A stretch of DNA of 64,000 nucleotides. Source: Phoronis australis (lineage: Eukaryota > Animalia > Phoronida). Below the pieces are notes generated by a model that had not been told where the DNA came from, made no database searches, and saw nothing but the letters and a program-made list of their open reading frames with translations. The translations under genes were made by a program, and so were the position numbers. The DNA lies in contig NMRA01000323.1 of the NCBI GenBank assembly GCA_002633005.1, positions 330,817 through 394,816 on the forward strand, written 5' to 3'. Numbering within the stretch: the stretch's first letter is position 1; every line of letters begins with the position of its first letter. Positions 55,401 through 64,000 of the stretch are shown piece by piece.

Positions 55401-55555
55401 AGCCAATTGCCAGAGGACTACCACACAGGTTAGTGTTAGAGACGAAATTAAATTGACTCAGTAACGAATCAAATGCCTCCAGGACGAACAGCGATAATCT
55501 AAAACCATGGACCTGGTTTGTGGAACTTTGGCTTGTAAATTACCTTCTTGTCCAT
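48423..55555 (-). CDS. DEAH-box helicase/RRM/KH-like/RBR E3 ubiquitin ligase, paralog A (plant DEAH11/DEAH12-like architecture, ~1917 aa)
   Basis: Exons 55544-55555 (MDKK), 50244-55001 and 48423-49406, all phase 0. Helicase motifs GSGKST, DEAH, SAT and QRKGRAGR. RING1 (CVVC..CGHPYCKEC..CAKEEC), IBR (CPTADC..CECC..CSSCHEPYH..C) and RING2 (CPRC..IEKDGGCSHMTC..C..CWRC) with the catalytic-position Cys retained. Confidence 0.92.
50244..55001 (-). CDS. 4.76-kb helicase exon of paralog A
   Basis: Stop-free frame; acceptor tattttcag, donor GAG/gtaagc. Confidence 0.9.
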
Positions 55556-55998
55556 TGTGTCAAAATGTTCAACACGTGAGCACAGCAGATGGAACGCTCA
55601 AAATGTTCAGCACGTGAGCACAGTAGACGGAATGCTCACAGCAGGAGACACCTGCAATAAAAACATGATTTTAGATCTGCGAGCTAAGCAAGGGTTAGGC
55701 GACAGGTAGAATGGGGATTGACTAACACCTTTTTAAGAGCGTGACTGACGTGTCGAGCAGACGTACTCGCAGTGGGTCCAATAATAATGTTTCCAGTGAA
55801 TCATTTTAAGCAAACTAAAATTTTGATTAATCAACCCACAAGCTGGAACGCACTGCTTTCATAAAACAAAACGCCTCGAAACCAAATGTCTCAGCGGAGC
55901 TTCTTATCGGGTTTCTGTACTTATGCCTTAGTACACCACTACTTCCGGTACGTGTACACGATAAATTAAACATGATAGTCGCCCTAGCTCCCGTATTG

Positions 55999-56215
55999 CA
56001 CGCGCGCAGCCATTAATACGGGGAGCTCAAATTTCTGGCGATGTGGACCTTTTGCTGACAAAAAAGCGGGAGGACTAAAAAAACGGGATACCTCCTTCAG
56101 GAGTGTGAACTGTGCATCTGTGCCTTTTTAGTGAACTTTTGTCTCCTTTTCTCGGACTTTTTGTTTCTCTGAGGCGGACTTTTTTACCACTTCGCCAAAT
56201 GTGGGAGGGCGCATG
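55999..56215 (-). mobile_element. MITE of the same family as 14359-14618
   Basis: TATTG TSD on both flanks; internal sequence is the reverse complement of the 14359 copy. Confidence 0.75.
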
Positions 56216-56292
56216 TATTGTTATTTAATTCCAGTTTCCTGCGAAGCAAAGTTTTTATGGAGTTGTCTTACACCAGTGACCTGTACCTAAAT

Positions 56293-56543
56293 CATGCACG
56301 CACGCAGGGGGGGGGGGGGTNTTTGGCAAAGTGGACAAAAAACAAAAAGGTCCGCCTCAAAAAAACAAAAATTCCAAGGAAACGAGATAAAATCCACTTA
56401 AAAGGCGCAAACGCACAATTCCCACAGCACGTACAGTTACGATCGTGGTTCCATTTTTTCCTTTTAGTCAACCGACTACTTTGTTAGGTCCACATCGCCG
56501 GGAATTCGAGCCTCCCCCCTATTGAAGGATGGAGGCGCGCATG
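56293..56543 (+). mobile_element. MITE of the same family as 14359-14618
   Basis: catgcacgc..gcgcgcatg termini; TAAAT TSD. Confidence 0.75.
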
Positions 56544-56827
56544 TAAATACACGGTGCCATTTCGCTTAAATACACCCGGGTGTAAATGTTAACTTAATTG
56601 CGATTGTAAGCGGAAAATGCTAAGTCATATTTTCGCTCAGAACTGTATAAATTTCCAAAACCAGGAAACGACACTAGAAATGTTTGTCAGAACAGAAAAT
56701 ACTACTCTGCTGTAGCTGCCTTGGAAACGGGTTGGTCCGTCTCTGGCCGGGTTTGCTCTCGAACATGTTACAAAACAAAGAAGTCAATGTTCATACCAGC
56801 TACCTTTTGGAGCCGGGTATATATATA

Positions 56828-58356
56828 TCAGGTGTCTCAAAAACGTGAGCCACTTTTTGACAAGTAATTTCTCAGCAATTGACCAACCGAATTCGTTCAA
56901 CTTTTTCACGATGTATCTTAAGGGTGTCACCAACAAGTATCTTAGAGAAATATGAAAAATGATGGAAGAAATGTGAAATTCAAAACAGCAGGGTGAAAAA
57001 TACAATATCACTGACTTTCATCATGTTTATGTTGTGCTGGCATCTGTCAGTCAAAAACAAATGCCTGCCTCTGTCTCAAGTCTACTGTCAGATCTGTATC
57101 CAAATTAGTTATGTCCGGTAGTTCGGTTTGTAAGGATGCATTTGAGTAAAAAGTGATAAATTTACAATTGAAACCTGTTTCAAGGAAAAAGGGTGGAGCG
57201 GATGAATAATCGTAAGGGAGTTCTCAGGAAAAGGATGGAGTGGTGCGACTGTTAACAAACTTATTGCTAAAATACGCAACACCGAGTCTGCTCCTCCTAA
57301 AAGTGGCAGTGAGAGACCCAAGACTGCATGTTCGAAAGAAAACGAGGATCGTGCTTAGGAACTGATTCAATCCCAGGAGAACCACACCGGGAATCACAAG
57401 TCTCTGACAGAAGTCCCAAGGGATTTACAAATGTGAGCAAGTCTTCTGTGCAAAGAATGGCAAAAATGGAGTCAAAACCCTTCATAAGAATGTAGGTACC
57501 ACAGAGACATCAAAGTGTTAAAAGGAAAAGAAAAACTCGATAGCCGCTACTTGTATGACCACTACTCAGTCACTGATGTGAAAAGAACCATTTTCACTGA
57601 TGAAAAAGACTTCACACTAGATATCGCTAAAAATCACCAAAACTATCGTGCCTATTGGGAAACAAAAACGAGAAATTCAGCCTTTTCCATACTTCCAGAT
57701 TTTCTATAAAAGTAATGACTTCGCTGGAATATCTTGAGAAGGAAAAAAATATACATTTTATTGACACTGATAGAGCCAAAGTTAACGGTCAACCGTACAT
57801 GCAGTTATTGGATGAAAATCGTCTCTCGGATTGCAGGCGACTTTATCCTGGAAACAACTACGTGTTTCAGCACTATGGGGCTCCTTCAAACACAAGCAAG
57901 ATAATCCAGGCTAGCATGGAAGATGCCACACCAAAATTTATCAGAAAGGATGAGTGGTCACCGCTCAGTCCTGGCTGCAATCCGATGGCCTGAGTAATAG
58001 TGTGTATGCCATATGGGACTCTTTGAAAGAGAAAATTTTCCTGGAAACGAGAGACAAATTGACTGAGCCTGAGTTAAAAAACAGGACGATTACGTCATGG
58101 GAGGAAATCTTGATGGTTGGAAGATGGAGGTCATATTGAGCATAGACTGAAATAAGCGAGCTTCCCTTTAATATTTTATTTTTGGCTTGATGTTTTTAAT
58201 TTGACAATACTCACACAACTGGACACAGGTCTCTTTAACATTTTATACATCTGTTAATGATATCCTAAGGTTCATCTGTAAAAAAATTTAAAAATCGGTT
58301 TATCCGTTGGTAAGAAATTACTTGTCAAAAGTGGCTCACCTTTTTGGGACACCTGA
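56828..58356 (+). mobile_element. Dead Tc1/mariner-superfamily transposon, DD37D (maT)-like
   Basis: TIRs tcaggtgtctcaaaaacgtgagccactttttgacaagtaatttct and the reverse complement at ~58312-58356, with TA flanks. Frameshifted transposase remnants FTDEKDF, FQHYGAPS, WSPLSPGCNPMA and YAIWDSL, with 37 residues between the mutated second and third catalytic positions. Confidence 0.88.
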
Positions 58357-61300
58357 TAAATATAAGTCTGAAATAAAACCGGGTACAGGACTTCGCAACT
58401 CGCCTATAGGTAACCCTTCCTGAATTGCGAAAAGCAACAGTTTTTGTGTTCTCAAAATACAGGCGTGAAATTAAGTCACAGTTGATTTCCTGTTGCCAGG
58501 CTGCCTAAAGTGGAAATAGCAAGTGAAAAACAGACAAAATTGCACAATTCAAGGTAGTTACCTGCCACTGTAACACAAGCCAAACTGTTCACTTGGTATT
58601 TTTATGGTTTGATCGCAACGATTTTGAATTTCTGACTTCTTCATTGTTATAGAATTTTGAATAGTGAAATTTTGTGCATGCAACTCATATACCTCAGTGA
58701 CGGATCTAGGATACCATAAGGAGGGGCGCAACACTGTATACGCACAACTGTATACGCGCACCCAACCTGAAATGAAGGAGGGAATGGACTACTGAGCATG
58801 TGGACCTCTTGCTGAAATGCAACCGCACGATGTAACAAAAAAAAACGGGAAGACGCTTAATGTTTCAGCCACTTCGTCAATACCACGCTTAATTAGTAGA
58901 CTCAATATTTCCTCACGCTCTTGGTATTTTTGGTGGCAGTCAAGGGGGGAGGGGACGGACCTCTGTACCTTACTTTTTGCCTAATAGTGAAGACAGGCCT
59001 CACCTTACCAGCTAATGTATACTGAGGGCTCTACAGTAGTTATTGACCAATTATACAACACAGTTCTCCACGTCACTAAGACGAAAGGTCACTCCCCTTA
59101 ATTGTGGAACTGACACGCATAAAGTAGGGCCTACTGTGTATTCATGTTTAATTTTGGAAAGTGCATGTCGCGCATGTTTAATCAATTCTGCACATCGTAA
59201 AACTTGCTCCCGAAGTACAACAAGTCCGAAATTGTATATGTTTTCAGAGTAGAGCCTAGAGGGTCTTCGTACCCCCCGGAGCCCTAGTGAACCAGCTCAG
59301 CCTGTTCCGGAAACAACAATTACGCCCCACAGAATTGCAGCCAAGTGCTTGACCTTATTTACAGTGTACATTGCATTATCTGTGACTGAGCAGATCAATG
59401 TCGTACGCATATGACGTCGTAGCCATGATTGTCAGAGCCATTTCCTCAGGCTGAGTTCAGAATGGGTAGGCCTACTGAACACGTCAGTCTACGGTAAAAT
59501 TGTCAGAAATACAAGAGAAAATTAGGGCAGAAAGTGGCCTACAATTAACATGGAACAGAAATTGAGAAATTCGCAAACCTATTCTATCCAGACGAGAATC
59601 TGTCTTTTGTATCCTCTTATCGATCAACACACTGTGTTACACAGTGTGCATAAACAGCCGAGGGCTCTCACTCGCAAACCACCGTACATAAGCATTGACG
59701 TGTGACCCAACGACGGCAAGAGTTCAATTTAACTTCCACTGAAGATAATTATAAGCACAATATTCTGTAAATACTTAATAAGTTACTTCGTCTTTGTTGT
59801 GTTCTAGTTTACCCGCAGTGACTCCCGAGACAGAATTCGAAGAAATCACGTGATCTCAGTACTGATCGATATCAAGGGGAATTTCCAAGAAGCGGGCATT
59901 TTCACGAAAGACGTCGCTCTAGTCGGTTAGCGACAGCGACTACACGCAGTGTGTCGCGTTTGCGTGTTGGCTTACGTACTAAGAAGAAGCGGGCATATTT
60001 GAAACTCAAGACGAGGTTGGTGCTCTGCTTTGCCGTTATCAGTCGGCCCGGGTCTCGGCTCAGTGCCGTCCCGTACTATGCCAGCCAGGCCGGGCGGCCA
60101 GCTCGGTCGCCGCCCGTTTCCGCCGGTGCGCAGTACATATGAAGCAGTTTCAGGGAGGGGGTCAAGGGGTTCCGATTTTAGCGATGTCACTGAAATCTAG
60201 AATTTCAAATTGTTAGTCGACTGTTGCCTGTGACGCTTCGCGGGGCGACGTCCCCGGGCCGGCGATCCCCGTCGACCTCCCGAAAAAATCCTGGCTCCGT
60301 CCGCCCGGCCCTGGTGCGCGGGTTACCCGTAGTGCGAGCTGGGAATTGCCGCTGAAACCCGCATGACGGTTTTCATTGATCACAGCAGCGTTCTTGGCAT
60401 GGTGAGGCCTATATACTGCTAGCGCGGCAAGATGACGCTCCGAAGTCAGTCGGGTGAACTTTCGAAGGTAGCCTTCGGTCATGATGTAGGCCTACATATG
60501 TAACCTTGGAAATTGTTGCTCGTATGAAATCTGCGAAGCTGTTCCATAATGACATTGATTGACAAGAGAAGACTATTCTTCTATGTGAACAGTGCGGGGC
60601 TTTCTCAGTGCAAGAAAATGCGGTAGTTTGATTTTTGAGAAACGACAGAGCAGTCAGTGAACATACCGTCGGCGTGTACTGAATTTAAAAGAACCGCAAA
60701 CGCACACTCACACGCGGTGTACACTCTTGCATCCAGTCATGTCACTCATGTCAATCCACCAATCCACCAAATGGACACTTGATGATCAAGATATTTGGCG
60801 ATCACTTAAATTCGAAATTTGAAAATGCCTGCAATTAGTCCAAACTATGCTAGAAAGTACACCAATTAAAAGAATAACAAACCCATTTTCTGCTGTTTTG
60901 TTTCTTGGTCGATTTTAAAGGCATTCACACCGCATTACTCATCTCTCTCCATGCTAACTTTGGGCTAAGCATAGACATTTACTTCTAGATTTCCTTGTTA
61001 CCCTATGGTGTAGAGACCTGGCGTTTTCAATGCCGACTTGGATGAATAACCGACATAAAGCCTCCTCTAATCGACATCTACGCAGTCATCACCGATCGGG
61101 CCGGATACGACCCATGTGAAGCGCTTTACATCAGAAGCGTGAAATTCAAACTGATTAATATTAACTTGGCTGTGCTTGTGGTTAGTAGAACTTGTAGTTA
61201 CAACGATTTTTTGTCCGTCTAGTAAATCTTATCTTATCCTATCGGATAGTCCGGGGCCTCGAACCCCCACCCCACCCCCCGGGCTACGGGCCTGTATGAA

Positions 61301-63800
61301 CAGCCTGAAAGTGTCGAAAGTTAAGTACGGCCGGGTTTGATGACATTTTGATTTTACAAAATAACTAAAACAGTAACTTGGGCACGCTCATCTTGACAAA
61401 CAGCCATTTCCCAACCTCGTTGGTTAGAATGTTTCATCATACGTCCACTCTTACTTTTTTCAGTGGCTATTGCTGCGTGTTGCATGGACAATGAGGAGAA
61501 AAACGGTTAGGTGAAGAGCTGGTTCATGTAGAACGACCGTGACAGGACAATTTCAAATTTGAGTTTTGATACAAGTGTTGTTTTTTGTTTGGACCGTCGT
61601 TTAACCGTTTGTTTCGGCGGCGCAATTTCGGCGCTGTATTCGACAAGGCAGTCACTTAGACGCCAGCCAGCCTGGTGCACGACGCTGGGGGATAAATCGA
61701 TTAAATTCCTGAGCAACTTAAATACCGAGTTTTTGTTTTTATTCAACGCCGGAATTGTTCGCGTCCGTGCACATTAAGTTGCTGAAAGTGGCGTTATCAC
61801 AACTAAGTGTTGCCTAACGAATCGTGACGTTTGTTCAGTACAGTCACGCACTTTTCACTCCTTTGATGGACAATGGTCTATTCAAATGAATAACGTCTCT
61901 AGTTCATAGCAGGTCCTAGGATTGCGTCATGGGCACTAATTGCGTCATTAGCATGGCAGGACGGAGCTATTTAAAACAACTCAGTGACGCTTGCAGGAGC
62001 TTATTCATGGTTGACGTGCAGTAATTAGTTGAAAAGTAATAAAATTGGACAAATGCACGCAAAATTAAAGTAACCTGTTTAACACGCACATCCCGGGTTT
62101 AACACCAGCACGTAGACCAGTACAAGGATTAACCGTCTGCCAATAAACGAAGGCGCGTGTCTTGAAACACTAGGGTTAAAGAAGCATAGGCACGTGTCTG
62201 ATTAAACACAAGGGTAAAATTATCTAGTACTGAAAAAATGCGCAAATTATTGTGACCAGCGTGTGATCTAGCTTGTATGACTCTGAGAGCCCTCACGAAG
62301 TTCTCTCACAAAAATGAATCCACTGCACAGGACTGTCCACTTAACAAAAATCGGCAACTCTTGTTGTCACACATATATTTTCTCTCAATACTCTCGCATG
62401 CACATTACAATACGAACAAGCGCACTGACGAAGCATCGAAGTGAAACTCTATTTCCAATAAGCATGAACTCTAATATTAACAAAAATTCCCATCAACTTG
62501 AGGGTAGACGTTTTAGTCATGCCGATTAACCAATCTATTTACATATAACTAGTCGCTTGTGATGACCGATGGCGTACGATGGGTGCTAGAAAAGAGGAAA
62601 GCCACATGGTGACATACCGGTAAATAGAGAGGATAGAACTACATTTTAAGACATCGTGAAACGTCGCAAGTACTACCACGGAATACCACAGTAGGATCAA
62701 GATGAATTTTCCTGACAAACCCGATGTTTCCTAATGAGGAAGTTTAAATTTTCGAGGAAAATAGAGATGCCAGTGAAACTTACCCATGCAATAATGGATA
62801 TTCGTAAAGAGTGCTTCCAGTATATACCAGACTATGGTTACATTTTATCTGGTGTTAAGCAGTAACCTAAGCATATACTGAGCATAGGCTGTCTAGGATG
62901 TCGAGAAGGGGGTAATAATTTCCAACGGACAAATATGCCCCTTGATCTATTTATAAATAATACTGAATACTGGTTCATGACAACATGACTACCCAATTCA
63001 TGTAGTGAACATTTTCCCACTGAAATGAGGCAGGAAGGGGGCAATAATTATAAATCAAAGAAACCCAGGCGTCTCAGCCACTGTACAATATTAGAACAAG
63101 GTCTACATGACCGTTATCACAATCCAATAAAAATCCTATAAACCCACTAACTGTAAAATTATGAACGACAGTTAATACCAAGACTGATACAAACCCTAAG
63201 GCCAACAGGTGAAGTGTCATCAACTGAGTCGGTCACCACGCAACACACCCGCACTATATTTCGTTGTTTGAGCAGAGACTGTGAAAGGCAGCTGCGATTT
63301 AGCCAAACACTGTCAGTGGTGAATAATTAACCAAGAACAATGAAGCCTAGTTCTGCCCTCTAGTGGCACCTTCCAACAATGACTGATTTGTGCAACCAGC
63401 CACGTTCAACAGGATGGCAAGGTGTGTTATTCTCACTTTCTACACAAACTTGGTAGGAGGCATAGCTGAACTTTTTGTTTTACAGCTTAACATACACTTG
63501 CTCCCAGTATCTACACAATCTGTTATCTTATGGCGTGCAGTTATGATGCAACACAAGAAGACAGACAAACAAGTCAAAATTGTTGCTATAAGTAAGTTGT
63601 TTGTCGGTTATGCCCCTTGGTGTTTTGCTTCATAACTGCACGCCTGAAGATAGGAGATTGTATAGAGATTAGGAGCTGTCCAATAAAAAGTACAGTCGTG
63701 CCTTCAACCAAGTTAGTGTCGCTGAAGGGCTGCTACCGAACTGTACTATCTACGCTGAATAAATCCATGTGTTGGTTGCCATGCATTGTTCATCACAAGC

Positions 63801-64000
63801 TCAGCGGTAGTTGGTGTTGTAGCCATTCCACCTAGCACCAGGCATATAGGTCACAGCTGATGTAGTTGGCATGGTAACAGGGATCTGCTGCTGATTGGTG
63901 GACACGATCAGTGCTTGCTGTGGGCTCATTGGCTGCGCACTGGTGATGGTGGGCGACTCCCTTGCTTGCTGTTGTTGATGGTGCTGGGGTGGTGGCTGGG
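63801..64000 (-). CDS. Probable terminal coding exon (Q/P/T-rich C-terminus) of an unidentified gene continuing beyond the window
   Basis: Open frame QPPPQHHQQQQARESPTITSAQPMSPQQALIVSTNQQQIPVTMPTTSAVTYMPGARWNGYNTNYR*, with higher GC than the flank. Confidence 0.55.
   Translation of the reverse strand, partial: QPPPQHHQQQQARESPTITSAQPMSPQQALIVSTNQQQIPVTMPTTSAVTYMPGARWNGYNTNYR

Overview
Eukaryotic, intron-rich, AT-rich genomic DNA, most consistent with an invertebrate animal. Single-N scaffold gaps occur at 8490, 15084, 23700, 25419, 29060, 30942 and 56321. From left to right the window holds: (1) an 11-exon, 3'-truncated DEAD-box helicase DDX51/Dbp6 gene on the minus strand, head-to-head across 174 bp with (2) FICD/HYPE; (3) a single-exon GT31 beta-1,3-galactosyltransferase; (4) a tandem pair of unusual DEAH-helicase/RRM/KH-like/RBR-E3-ligase genes on the minus strand; (5) the Q/P-rich last exon of an unidentified gene at the right edge. 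In the pair, paralog A (48423-55555) is intact. Paralog B (ATG 41909) keeps a stop-free 4.2-kb helicase exon, but its RBR ligase exon is destroyed by at least five lesions and is itself duplicated. Intergenic and intronic DNA is full of MITEs, foldbacks, a dead DD37D Tc1/mariner element and probable excision footprints. All calls come from manual reading; no database search was run.
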